From Candidatus Omnitrophota bacterium (GTDB taxonomy: Bacteria > Omnitrophota > Gorgyraeia > 2-01-FULL-45-10), in NCBI GenBank assembly GCA_030695905.1, contig JAUYOL010000043.1, forward strand, positions 64,998 through 128,997: DNA of 64,000 nucleotides, given 5' to 3'. Of this stretch, positions 35,819 to 45,195 are shown one piece after another. The notes under the pieces were generated by a model. That model was not told the origin of the DNA, did no database searches, and saw nothing but the letters and a program-made list of their open reading frames with translations. Every line of letters starts with the position of its first letter. Within the stretch, counting starts at the first letter, position 1. Both the position numbers and the translations under genes were made by a program.

Positions 35819-36352
35819 TTAAATTACTTCATGAACTATCTTGCTACGAGCTATATCTCCTGGCGAGGTGGTCTCGGCGTCACCCACGCTTGGCACTATG
35901 TCTAATCCTCCACCCAAATAAAATGCTTTGTAGCAAAGTTCGCTGCAAAAGTAATCTTGATCTTCTTGCAGCGAATCGGAAGCTTTTTTATTGTGCGCAA
36001 TCTTCAGTCCAAGTAATTTTAGTAAACGCATTTTTCGTAAAAATATTTTCCAGCCCAATATAGTAGCCGATCTGGTGTCATATTTTCTAGCGAGCATCAT
36101 TATTAAAAATGAAACAACGCCGTTTATTTGGTAAGGGTGATCATCTTTAACTCTATATAGATCGTAAGGAGTTTTATAGTTTTCAACAGAAATAGCCCTA
36201 ACTCCACCCTGAGGGATAGCTTCTATAATAAGCCCCAGGTTGGCTGAGGCCGCAACCGCCACATGTGAATAAGCACTATTAGTACCCCATTTTATAAGTT
36301 TTGAAGTAAGGTCGGTACCTTTACAAAGAAGAATGTCACCATCTTTTAACAT
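35819..36352 (-). CDS. YiiX/YaeF-like permuted papain-fold amidase (C92)
   Basis: Segment GDILL..G....S..I...T.S.YSHVAV. Confidence 0.5.
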   Translation of the reverse strand: MLKDGDILLCKGTDLTSKLIKWGTNSAYSHVAVAASANLGLIIEAIPQGGVRAISVENYKTPYDLYRVKDDHPYQINGVVSFLIMMLARKYDTRSATILGWKIFLRKMRLLKLLGLKIAHNKKASDSLQEDQDYFCSELCYKAFYLGGGLDIVPSVGDAETTSPGDIARSKIVHEVI

Positions 36353-36383
36353 GATTATTATTCCTTTGCGTAAATTTTTCCGA

Positions 36384-36584
36384 TTGGCGAGGGATAAGCC
36401 TTGAGGGTTGTGAAAAAAGGCGGCGAGTGCTTACGGGATGGGGTTATCTGCCCCCGCTGTTTTGACTTTGTGATTTCGGAACAAAGCAAGCGAGGGCGTG
36501 AAAGATACCAAATCCGTTTACACTCCTATTGTGCACCCCGTACGAGCCAGCCTTTTGAACGCCCGAAAGGCTTGCCCGAGCCAA
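36384..36584 (-). ncRNA. candidate structured RNA / riboswitch-like element of about 200 nt, in the 5' region of the C92 amidase gene (strand uncertain)
   Basis: A long-range closing helix pairs TTGGCGAGGGATAAGCC (36384-36400) with GGCTTGCCCGAGCCAA (36569-36584). Internal GC-rich hairpins include GGGG-N7-CCCC. Two CGGGG elements occur on the minus strand. There is no convincing ORF. Confidence 0.3.
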
Positions 36585-36654
36585 TGCCCGGGAAAATTTA
36601 AAGAACATTTAGAGATTGCTTCGGCCCTTCGGGCCTCGCAATGACGAAATTGTC

Positions 36655-37806
36655 TTACACGCGCTCGTAAGGCTCAAAAAATTTCTTATATTCATCAAGC
36701 GCATACCTATCCGTCATCCCCGCTATATAATCGCACACAACCTGATGTTTATCTTCTTTTTTGAGTCTTGCAAGAGTCGACGGTGGAAGTTGTTCCGGTT
36801 TGTCGAAATAGACATTGTAGAGCGCCGATATGAACCGGCTCGCTTTATTGGACATGCGCACTACGCGGTAGTGCTGGTAGAGGTTCTTCTGCAGGAATTC
36901 GCGCATCGGCTTGCGCAGGTTCTCCATGCTCTTGGAGAATGACACTATGCGCGCAGGCAGTTTCAGGACATCGTGAATGTTGCGGATCTTGTAACGTTTT
37001 ATATTGTTCTCGGTCTGCGTCAATATGTCGGTTATCTGCTCATTTATGAGGCCGCGGATTATCTGATATTTGCGTATCTCATCTTTAAGGCGCGGATAGA
37101 GCTTGCGGATCTGGCGCTCTTTTTGAGTCCAGATGCCAACGCTGCGCAAATCCTCTTCTTTTATGAGCCTGCTCGTTATGCCGTCATCGAGGTCGTGGTT
37201 ATCATAGGCGATTTCGTCGGCGGCATCCACTACCTGTATTTCAAGCAGAGGTGAAGCCGTAGATTTGAACGGCACGATCGGCCTGGGCAGGTCGTACATG
37301 GTGGAATGCTTTATTATGCCCTCGCGCACCTCGTAGCTAAGATTTAATCCCGGAAATTCCGGATATCGCTCTTCCAGTAGATCTACGACCCTTAAGCCAT
37401 GAGTGTTATGGTCGAATCCGCCGTGGTCCTTCATTATTTCGTGCAGGGCGTCCTCGCCTGAATGGCCGAATGGCGTGTGCCCCAGGTCATGGGCAAGCGA
37501 TATCGCCTCGACCAAGTCTTCGTTAAGGCGCATGGCCCTGGCTATCGATTTCGCTATCTGGGCTACTTCCAGCGTGTGGGTAAGACGCGTCCTGTAATAA
37601 TCGCCCTCATGATTTACAAAAACCTGGGTCTTGTACTCTAATCTTCTGAAGGCGGTTGAATATATGATCCTATCTCTATCGCGCTGGTAACATGAACGGT
37701 AGGGGTGTTCGGGCTCTTTGTAGATCCTGCCCATGGAGTTTTTGCTCTTCTGCGCGTATGGCGCGAGAAGATCTTCGACTTTTTCGAGGTCTTTTCGTTT
37801 AAACAT
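36655..37806 (-). CDS. dgt: dGTP triphosphohydrolase-like HD protein
   Basis: Motif HDLGHTPFGH. Confidence 0.75.
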   Translation of the reverse strand: MFKRKDLEKVEDLLAPYAQKSKNSMGRIYKEPEHPYRSCYQRDRDRIIYSTAFRRLEYKTQVFVNHEGDYYRTRLTHTLEVAQIAKSIARAMRLNEDLVEAISLAHDLGHTPFGHSGEDALHEIMKDHGGFDHNTHGLRVVDLLEERYPEFPGLNLSYEVREGIIKHSTMYDLPRPIVPFKSTASPLLEIQVVDAADEIAYDNHDLDDGITSRLIKEEDLRSVGIWTQKERQIRKLYPRLKDEIRKYQIIRGLINEQITDILTQTENNIKRYKIRNIHDVLKLPARIVSFSKSMENLRKPMREFLQKNLYQHYRVVRMSNKASRFISALYNVYFDKPEQLPPSTLARLKKEDKHQVVCDYIAGMTDRYALDEYKKFFEPYERV

Positions 37807-37848
37807 AGGTTAATAGGTTTTCACCGCCGCGATGTTATAGTAGCATAC

Positions 37849-38319
37849 TTAACGTCCGCCTCGGCGGTGTGATACAAACAACTTATACATAGCATCGAGC
37901 GAGTCCGGCACAACCTTTGTATCCGCTATTACGGGCATAAAATTCATATCGCCTTCCCACCGCGGCACTATATGTATATGCATGTGGTCGGCAAATCCTG
38001 CCCCGCCGGCCTTGCCCTCATTGAACCCTATATTGAAACCGTGCGGTTTTAATTTCTTTTTAAGTATCTTCTTGGTCTTTATGACCAACTCCATTATGTC
38101 GCACACTTCCGCTTCGGATAAGAGGTCGATGCTCCTGATATGCCTTTTAGGGAATACCATTACGTGGCCGTTATTATAAGGATAGATGTTGAGCATCGAG
38201 AATGAATACTCCGACTCGTCGAGAACATACTCTTTCGGTCCGCAGAATATGCATTTCTTATTCTTATGCGATATTATGTATTTTTTTCTCCAGGGCGCCC
38301 AAAGGTTACTTCGCTTCAT
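37849..38319 (-). CDS. HIT family hydrolase
   Basis: Motif HMHIHIVPR. Confidence 0.65.
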   Translation of the reverse strand: MKRSNLWAPWRKKYIISHKNKKCIFCGPKEYVLDESEYSFSMLNIYPYNNGHVMVFPKRHIRSIDLLSEAEVCDIMELVIKTKKILKKKLKPHGFNIGFNEGKAGGAGFADHMHIHIVPRWEGDMNFMPVIADTKVVPDSLDAMYKLFVSHRRGGR

Positions 38320-39121
38320 TTTTTAACCTCACCTGCGCCTCTTCGAAGAATGGCTGGGCAAACTCTGTGGACCATGTCTTCTCCTCAAATGCCCTCTCCC
38401 CGACGGTCTTTAAGAACCTTTTGAACTCTTCGGCATAGCTGCCGTAAATATGGAAACTGTCGCTTATGTCGACATATCTGCCGACGGTTACATTTTTACC
38501 GGTATTTTTCGATATCCGGCCGGCTATATTCGCCTGAAGGTCCGTAAGGGCGAATATATTCATGAAGCTGGCTTTATAGGCATCGCGGGATCTCCAGTGT
38601 GTATTCATATTAAGCGAATAGGTATTATTGCCGCGGTCCACGAGCCTGCACCAGATCCTCTGCAGGCACGGAGGATCGTCTGTAATGGGATCCGTGCCGG
38701 GATTCCATGTTATTGCCTGCGCCCTCCTGGAATACGACGTTTCCGACAGTTTCTTTATTAAGTATTCCACCTGGTTTACCACCTTGCCTTCTATATCAAA
38801 ACTGAACAGGCGCTGATGATACGTGTATGTCCATTTTCCTTCTTCAGGCTTTATCCAATGGTCGTGTATGCCGTCAACGACTTCCTGCCTGTAGACTTCC
38901 AGGTCCTCCAATCCGCCCGGAAACGCCCTGTGAATACGCGGCTCTTTCATCGGGTCATTGACGACCATTATCATAGTGCAGTCTTTACTCGCTGGGTCAT
39001 CCGGCTTGTCATATTCTGTCTTTATATCCAGTCCGTCCTTCCAGGTAGCTATTACGGCCTTCTCCCACGCCTCGGGAAGCGTATCGCCTTCAACTCTTAT
39101 TACGGGAATATCTTTGGTCAT
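38306..39121 (-). CDS. thymidylate synthase family protein (archaeal-like ThyA)
   Basis: YSRRAQAITWNP...DPPCLQRIWCR...DSFHIY aligns with the ThyA blocks SRRIIVSAWN, LAPCHAFFQF and GDTHLY. Confidence 0.55.
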   Translation of the reverse strand: MTKDIPVIRVEGDTLPEAWEKAVIATWKDGLDIKTEYDKPDDPASKDCTMIMVVNDPMKEPRIHRAFPGGLEDLEVYRQEVVDGIHDHWIKPEEGKWTYTYHQRLFSFDIEGKVVNQVEYLIKKLSETSYSRRAQAITWNPGTDPITDDPPCLQRIWCRLVDRGNNTYSLNMNTHWRSRDAYKASFMNIFALTDLQANIAGRISKNTGKNVTVGRYVDISDSFHIYGSYAEEFKRFLKTVGERAFEEKTWSTEFAQPFFEEAQVRLKNEAK

Positions 39122-39124
39122 ATA

Positions 39125-39607
39125 TTATAACTCCACTATTTTACCTTCTATCTTTTTATCCGTGACCTCCAGGATACCGTAAGAATTCTTCGAAGCGAAT
39201 ATCTTATCCGTCGGGCTTCCGGGATTAAAAAATAGAACACCGTCTTTTTTTACGTTTACAGCGATGTGAGAATGTCCGAACACCAGACAGTCTACTTTGC
39301 CAAATTCTTTTCTGACACTCGCCATCAATTCTGACGGAGCGCCGTAACCATGTATAAGCCCTATCTTAGACTTGCCTATCGTGATGAGTTCTTTAGGATT
39401 AAGCTGCGCGCGGATCTCCTGCGAATCCATGTTGCCGCAGACGGCCTTCACCTCTTTTATGGAGCGCAGTTTATCCAAAAATTTCGCGTCTATAAAGTCT
39501 CCGGCATGGAATATCATGTCCACGTCTTCGGCCGCGTCATAAATAGCCTTCGGCAGGTCCTGCGCGGCTATTGGTATGTGCGTATCGGATAAGACGAGTA
39601 TCTTCAT
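39125..39607 (-). CDS. metallophosphoesterase (YfcE/MJ0936 family)
   Basis: Motifs DTH, GD, GNMD and GHSH. Confidence 0.65.
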   Translation of the reverse strand: MKILVLSDTHIPIAAQDLPKAIYDAAEDVDMIFHAGDFIDAKFLDKLRSIKEVKAVCGNMDSQEIRAQLNPKELITIGKSKIGLIHGYGAPSELMASVRKEFGKVDCLVFGHSHIAVNVKKDGVLFFNPGSPTDKIFASKNSYGILEVTDKKIEGKIVEL

Positions 39608-41236
39608 CTAAACTATGACCTTGGTTTTGCCGTAAGAGTTCAGGATATTGTTGATTGTGGATATATCCCATATCGATATCTTTAGCTCTTTTGCCAGCAG
39701 CTTCGCGTTTTCATCGATACCGCATAAAGATATCACTATCTTGTTCGATATCTTGTATGTAAGAGGCTTTACGTTTTTGATATATTCAACGATATCGTTC
39801 TCGTTCACCACATGTGTATATGCCTGCACCAGCCAGGTATTGCCCCTGAAAGTGGCGGCCAGGCACCTGTTTTCATCGGATAACGCCCTTACCTCCACCT
39901 TGGTAAAGTGCGGCAGCCTTAACTGCCTGGAATCCACCTGTATCAGCTCATTGGAGAATGAGTTGAATAATTCCGACAGGCGCGCGGTTATCTCTTTTTC
40001 GGATTCGGTTATGAAATCGGATATATATGCCTTCACCTGTGAGGTAAACAGCTCGGACCTGTTAAATATGCCGTCTACGAGAAGGTTCTTTCTCTTCTGG
40101 TAAACTTTTCCCAGCCAGAACTCCAGCATTGAATCGTCTATCTTGTAAAATATGCCGAATTTGGAGACGAGCCCGAGCTCTGAAAGCTGCGCAAGGTCTT
40201 TAGATACCTCCGACTGCTTCGCCTTGACCGACTTCGCGATATCGGCGAGCTTGTTGCGGCCGCTCGATATAGATGTCAATATCGACAGATGCCTGTCTTT
40301 ATGCCTTGAATCCAATAAGTCCAGGATGAAGTTCATCAGATACTGGTGTATTACCCCGCTTGAATCGTATACGGTCTCTATTATGGCTTTTGTCAGGATG
40401 TCGGTATCTATATGGTTGGACATCTTTTCGGTGGCGAGGTCTTTCGCCTTCTTGGCAATATGGTTTAAATAGAACGGATTACCGTCGGTAAATACCACCA
40501 GGAACCTCTTTAACGCGTTGTCTATCTCAAAGCCCCCCAGCCGCATATCGACGAACCTTTTCGCGTTCTCCATATCGAATCCCGAGACCTTCACTATTTC
40601 GAAATTTCCGAAGAGAAGCGAGAGTTTTTCGGAGAGTATCTTTTTGAATACCTGGTTGCGGGAACTGGATACTATATACATAGTATCCTTCTGTATCATT
40701 ATGACCTTGCCGAAATTTAAGAACGGGTTCTTTATGCCTATATATTCCAAATTGTCGAATTCGTCCAGTATGACTACGCAGGATTTTTTGATCTCTTCTT
40801 TCAGCGTAGAGGTAAGGCCCAACAGGTTAAAATACGCGGCTTCGTGGTCGCTCTTCTCTACGAGCGAATTGATATTCTTTATCGCGGCGTATGTCTTAGG
40901 AAGGCTCTCCTGGGCTTTTCCCAGAAGGTTATCGAGTTCAAACCCGGCGTCTTCGCCCGTCTTCGTCAGCGCGTTATATAATAGAGTGGCTATAAACCTG
41001 TTGGTAAAGGCGCGGAACGGCTCTTTGACGACCTCTACGTATATTGTTATGAACTCCTCTTCCTTTATAGAATAGAGGAAGTGGTGCAGTATCGATGTCT
41101 TTCCGGCAAGGCTCTGGCCCGTAAGCGCGACATTCTGGCGGTAGCCGTCTTTTAACGCCGAGACCCTTTTATTGAGAAGATCCAATACCTCATCTCTTCC
41201 GAAAAACTTCTCGCCAACTACAGGTTCACTGAACAT
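39608..41236 (-). CDS. Arch_ATPase-family AAA ATPase with DUF234
   Basis: FFGRDEVL...LTGQSLAGKTS. Confidence 0.55.
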   Translation of the reverse strand: MFSEPVVGEKFFGRDEVLDLLNKRVSALKDGYRQNVALTGQSLAGKTSILHHFLYSIKEEEFITIYVEVVKEPFRAFTNRFIATLLYNALTKTGEDAGFELDNLLGKAQESLPKTYAAIKNINSLVEKSDHEAAYFNLLGLTSTLKEEIKKSCVVILDEFDNLEYIGIKNPFLNFGKVIMIQKDTMYIVSSSRNQVFKKILSEKLSLLFGNFEIVKVSGFDMENAKRFVDMRLGGFEIDNALKRFLVVFTDGNPFYLNHIAKKAKDLATEKMSNHIDTDILTKAIIETVYDSSGVIHQYLMNFILDLLDSRHKDRHLSILTSISSGRNKLADIAKSVKAKQSEVSKDLAQLSELGLVSKFGIFYKIDDSMLEFWLGKVYQKRKNLLVDGIFNRSELFTSQVKAYISDFITESEKEITARLSELFNSFSNELIQVDSRQLRLPHFTKVEVRALSDENRCLAATFRGNTWLVQAYTHVVNENDIVEYIKNVKPLTYKISNKIVISLCGIDENAKLLAKELKISIWDISTINNILNSYGKTKVIV

Positions 41237-41347
41237 GTGCGTCCTCTATTCTGCTCCGCCCTTCAATCTTGTATAGCCGGTAGGGCTACGCAGGAATAAG
41301 CCCTGCGAAGCCATGCCGCCAGTACGCGCGGTGAATGGCGAAGTAGG

Positions 41348-42021
41348 CTATTTGGATAGATAATAAAACGGGTTCTGCGGCTCTCCGCCGCGCCTTATTT
41401 CAAAATGCAGGCTGGGCTCTTTTGCCCGGCCGCCCCTTCCGACTTTCGCTATGACGGTATTCTGCTCTACGAAATCCCCCACATTTACCAAAATGGCCGA
41501 ATTATAAGCGTATACCGTCTGAAAACTGTCTCCATGATCCAGTATTACGGTTTTGCCTAAACCCTTCATCCACTCATCGCAGAATACCACTTTGCCCGCG
41601 CGCGACGCAACGACCGAACTGCCCTCTTGAGCGCGTATATCGATGCCTTTATTCTTGGTCCTGTCGTGCTTGGCCCCATAATATGATATCACATTACCTC
41701 TTAATGGCCACGTGAAAAGATCACCGTAGGAATAGGCCTTGCGCTCTTCCGTGCGCTTAACGGCCGCCGTCGAACCGGGTATCAAAAGACGCTGGCCGCG
41801 GTCTATGTCCTTAGCGTCGTCTATATCATTAGCTTTTAAAATGGCGCTCATATCCACACCGTAAGACTTGGATATGCCCCAGAGGGTTTCGCCCTTTCTC
41901 ACGTAGTGATAGACACCGCCTATAGTTTTGGTATCGGCTATATAAGGCTTTTCTACCGTTCCACAGCCCGCAAGCGTAAGAAGCAAAAATATTATTACTG
42001 CGAAGCCATACCTGCGTTTTA
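41348..42021 (-). CDS. LysM-domain M23 peptidase lipoprotein (start uncertain; the ORF-track N-terminus runs through a tRNA)
   Basis: LysM segment YVRKGETLWGISKSYGV and M23 segment HDRTKNKGIDI...HFE. The first 36 aa of track ORF 41348..42130 are translated tRNA. There is no in-frame ATG before the lipobox, so a possible ATT start at 42019-42021 is proposed. Confidence 0.55.
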
Positions 42022-42033
42022 CTTGTTGAATGG

Positions 42034-42107
42034 CAAAGCAGAATGGAGCGAGCGATGGGAATCGAACCCACGTATCAAGCTTGGGAAGCTCGTATTCTAC
42101 CATTGAA
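42034..42107 (-). tRNA. tRNA-Gly(CCC)
   Basis: Minus strand GCGAGCG-TA-ATTC-AATGGTA-GAAT-A-CGAGC-TTCCCAA-GCTTG-ATACG-TGGGT-TCGATTC-CCAT-CGCTCGC-T-CCA. Acceptor stem 7 bp, anticodon stem 5 bp, T-loop TTCGATT. Confidence 0.85.
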
Positions 42108-42130
42108 TTACGCTCGCGCCGATCGCTCAT

Positions 42131-43030
42131 TTAAAACCTGGTTAATTTTTTAAAATCCGAATACCTTTTATTGATATCCGACATTTTTATGGCAAGAAGT
42201 CTGTTTACGCTGAAGTCTTCTACGGCAAATGAAGCCATTATACTACCATAGACCATGCTCTTCCTTATTGCAGCGTCGTTTATCTTGCCGGCCTTGCTTA
42301 AGTATCCTATTACACCGCCCGCGAATGTATCGCCCGCGCCGGTAGGATCAAATACGTTTTCCAGAAGATATGCTGGAGCCACAAAATGCCCCCGCTTCGA
42401 GTAATATATCACGCCATGCTCGCCCTTCTTTATGACTACGCTCTTCGGGCCTTTCGATACGATTATCTTCGCCGCCTTCATCAGGTTGGCCTCCCCGCTG
42501 AATTGCCTAGCCTCGGCGTCGTTTAAAAAGAATACGTCGACTTTATGCAGAAATTTTTCCAGGGACTTCTTTTTGCTCGTTATCCAATGGTTCATCGAAT
42601 CACACGCTATCAATTTGGGCTTTTCGACCTGCCTCAATACGCTCTCCTGTAAGTCCGGGTCGATATTGGCGAGGAACAGTATGCGCGGATTTTTTAAGCT
42701 GTCGGGTATCTTCGGAGCGAAGTCCTGGAAGACATTGAGGTGCGTGGCGAGAGTATGCGCGACATTCATATCATATTCATACCGGCCTTCCCAGCGGAAT
42801 GTCTTGCCCTTACTTATCTCTATGCCTTCGGTGCCTATATTCCTATTCTTCAAGAGCTGCAGATGCCTTTTAGGAAAATCCTCTCCGACGGTGGCTATTA
42901 TATTGACCTTGTCGAAGAATGAAGCCGATATGGAAAAGAATGTGGCCGACCCGCCCAAGATCTCTTCCTTCTTTCCGAATGGGGTCTCTATGGAGTCCAG
43001 CGCTACTGAACCAACGACCAGTATACTCAA
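42131..43030 (-). CDS. PfkB-family sugar/nucleoside kinase
   Basis: Motif DPTGAGDTFAGG. Confidence 0.65.
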   Translation of the reverse strand: MSILVVGSVALDSIETPFGKKEEILGGSATFFSISASFFDKVNIIATVGEDFPKRHLQLLKNRNIGTEGIEISKGKTFRWEGRYEYDMNVAHTLATHLNVFQDFAPKIPDSLKNPRILFLANIDPDLQESVLRQVEKPKLIACDSMNHWITSKKKSLEKFLHKVDVFFLNDAEARQFSGEANLMKAAKIIVSKGPKSVVIKKGEHGVIYYSKRGHFVAPAYLLENVFDPTGAGDTFAGGVIGYLSKAGKINDAAIRKSMVYGSIMASFAVEDFSVNRLLAIKMSDINKRYSDFKKLTRF

Positions 43031-43031
43031 G

Positions 43032-44318
43032 TTATGTACCTCTCAAACATTTTTCCGCAGTCTTAATAGAACAGTATTCTCCGCACATTGTGCAGACATC
43101 TTTTTGATCCGGCATAGACGCTTTGCGGTATTCGGTGGGCTTCACCTTATCCAGCGCCAATTCAAATTGCTTTTTCCAATCTCTTTTAAACCTCGCTTTG
43201 GACATCGCTATATCCCTGTCCATGGCACCCGGTATATTCTTCGCTATATCCGCCGCGTGCGCGGCTATCTTTGAAGCGACTACGCCTTCTCTCACATCTT
43301 CCAGGGTAGGCAGCCTCACATGTTCGGATGGAGTTACATAACATAAGAAGTCCGCGCCTGCGCTGGCGGCTATCGCTCCGCCTATAGCGCTGGTTATATG
43401 GTCATATCCGGGCGCTATATCTGTGACGAGAGGCCCTAAAACATAAAATGGCGCGCCATTACACAGCGTTTTTTCCAGCTGCACGTTCGCTTCTATCTGG
43501 TTTAGAGGAACGTGTCCGGGACCCTCTATCATTACCTGCACACCCTTATTTACGGCCCTTTTTTGTAATTGCCCGAGAGTGACCAATTCTGATATTTGGG
43601 CTTTATCCGTAGCGTCGGCAATAGAGCCCGGCCTCAAACCGTCTCCGAGGCTTAATGTAATATCGTAGCGCTTCACTATATCTATTACCCTGTCAAAATA
43701 TTCATAAAAAGGATTTTCTCGGTTGTTGGTCAGTATCCATTCGGCAAGAAAAGCCCCGCCGCGCGAGACTATATCGAGAATTCTCGGGCTCTCTTTGAGT
43801 ATCGATAATACCCTTTTGGTAACTCCGGAGTGTATCGTAAAGAAGTCCACGCCCTCTTTCGCCTGTTTTTCAAGGCAATCGAACATGTCGTCCACGGTTA
43901 TCGAGGATATCGAACCGCGGGCCTTTATGCCTTTTACAACCATCTCATATATAGGGACCGTTCCTACGGGGACTGTAGACCCCGCGAGTATCTGGCGCCT
44001 CGTTTCATCCATGCGCGGGCCTGTGGACAGGTCCATTATAGCGTCGGCGCCTAACTTTATGCACTCCCGCATCTTCTTCAGCTCATTGGCTATATTTGAG
44101 GAGTCCTTCGATGTGCCTATATTGGCGTTTATCTTTGTCTTTAAACCTTTGCCTATTCCGCAAGGCTTGCTGATATCGCGTTTTGTATTTTTAGGTATTA
44201 CAATAACTCCGTCGGCGATGCCCTTGCGTATAAAATCCACGGTAACGCCCTCATCGCGTGAAACCTGGATCATCTCGGATGTTGTCTTGCCGCGTCTTGC
44301 GTATTCTAATTGCGTCAC
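43032..44318 (-). CDS. thiC: phosphomethylpyrimidine synthase
   Basis: 428 aa with ThiC blocks and C-terminal CTMCGEYCS. Confidence 0.85.
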   Translation of the reverse strand: MTQLEYARRGKTTSEMIQVSRDEGVTVDFIRKGIADGVIVIPKNTKRDISKPCGIGKGLKTKINANIGTSKDSSNIANELKKMRECIKLGADAIMDLSTGPRMDETRRQILAGSTVPVGTVPIYEMVVKGIKARGSISSITVDDMFDCLEKQAKEGVDFFTIHSGVTKRVLSILKESPRILDIVSRGGAFLAEWILTNNRENPFYEYFDRVIDIVKRYDITLSLGDGLRPGSIADATDKAQISELVTLGQLQKRAVNKGVQVMIEGPGHVPLNQIEANVQLEKTLCNGAPFYVLGPLVTDIAPGYDHITSAIGGAIAASAGADFLCYVTPSEHVRLPTLEDVREGVVASKIAAHAADIAKNIPGAMDRDIAMSKARFKRDWKKQFELALDKVKPTEYRKASMPDQKDVCTMCGEYCSIKTAEKCLRGT

Positions 44319-44725
44319 TTTAATGCCTTCTTTTCTATCTCGTAAATTTTAAACCTGAGATTGGTAAATTTAGCGGAGCCTTTTTTGTCTACGAGTTTGA
44401 AGAACTCCTCAAGCACCCTTAAAGACTCCTTTACTCTTTGTATATTCGCGCTGAATATATCGGCATAAGTTATCCTGTTCATCTCGCTTTTGGATACGCC
44501 GCACCTGCCAACGTCATTGGCCGAATCCCTGCTGGCGCTTAGTATCTTGACCGTTGCTGGAGCATCTTTAAGGATAGACGATATGGAATGCCTGGCCATC
44601 TTCAGATCTTTTGTCAGCGTCGGGCAGTTCCATACAAACCTTGCTACTTCCTCGCATACTCTTAAGCCTTCGCGGGACCTGTTGAAATTGGCGTCTATAA
44701 TACGGTAAAGCTCTTTCTTCATCAT
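44315..44725 (-). CDS. hypothetical protein co-operonic with thiC (resembles the N-terminal extension of cyanobacterial-type ThiE)
   Basis: YRIIDANFNRSREGLRVCEE motif, recalled from memory. It has 4-nt overlaps with both neighbours. Confidence 0.3.
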   Translation of the reverse strand: MMKKELYRIIDANFNRSREGLRVCEEVARFVWNCPTLTKDLKMARHSISSILKDAPATVKILSASRDSANDVGRCGVSKSEMNRITYADIFSANIQRVKESLRVLEEFFKLVDKKGSAKFTNLRFKIYEIEKKALK

Positions 44726-45195
44726 ATATTCTCTATCTTCTTTATCAAAGATGTGGTCGAGTATCCCCTTACAAAAGGTATTCTCTTTACCTTTCCACCG
44801 TGGGACTTTACAAATTCACCGCCAACGATATCTTCTATCTTCCAGTCGCCGCCTTTTACCAGCGTATCTGGCTTAAGCTGCCTTATAAGGCGCTCGGGCG
44901 TGGATTCGCCGAATACCGAGATGTAATCTACACATGACAGAGCCGAAAGCACTTTGGCCCTGTCGCGCGCGTTGTTTATCGGGCGGCCTTTTCCCTTGAT
45001 CTTTTTTACCGAGGAATCGCTATTTAATCCCACGACGAGGATGTCGCCCAGCGATTTTGCTTTGGAAAGATAATCCACATGGCCTACATGCAGTATATCG
45101 AAACAGCCATTCGTAAATACCACGCGCCTGCCTTTTGAGCGCAGACGTTTTAGAAGATTCGCCAATTTTTTAGAATCTAAGGTTTTCGCGGACAT
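44722..45195 (-). CDS. D-beta-D-heptose 1-phosphate adenylyltransferase (RfaE domain II type)
   Basis: Motif VVFTNGCFDILHVGHVDYL. Confidence 0.7.
   Translation of the reverse strand: MSAKTLDSKKLANLLKRLRSKGRRVVFTNGCFDILHVGHVDYLSKAKSLGDILVVGLNSDSSVKKIKGKGRPINNARDRAKVLSALSCVDYISVFGESTPERLIRQLKPDTLVKGGDWKIEDIVGGEFVKSHGGKVKRIPFVRGYSTTSLIKKIENI

Noticed and set aside
36384-36584. RNase P RNA, tmRNA or SRP RNA identity for the structured region
   Set aside because: The universal P4 sequences, the tRNA-like 3' end and the SRP domain-IV GGAAGCAGCC-type motif are all absent.
36401-36601. 66-aa plus-strand ORF in the dgt / C92 amidase intergenic region
   Set aside because: It has no RBS and odd composition. 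It lies within a GC-rich segment showing extensive long-range base pairing, which is better explained as structured RNA.
39648-41075. Plus-strand track ORFs 39648..40103, 40152..40472 and 40518..41075, antisense to the 542-aa ATPase
   Set aside because: Ser/Phe-rich antisense artefacts of an AT-rich minus-strand gene.
44319-44400. TPP riboswitch upstream of thiC
   Set aside because: There is no intergenic space because thiC overlaps the upstream ORF. No CUGAGA / ACCUGAUCUGGAUAAUGCCAGCG-like segment was seen.
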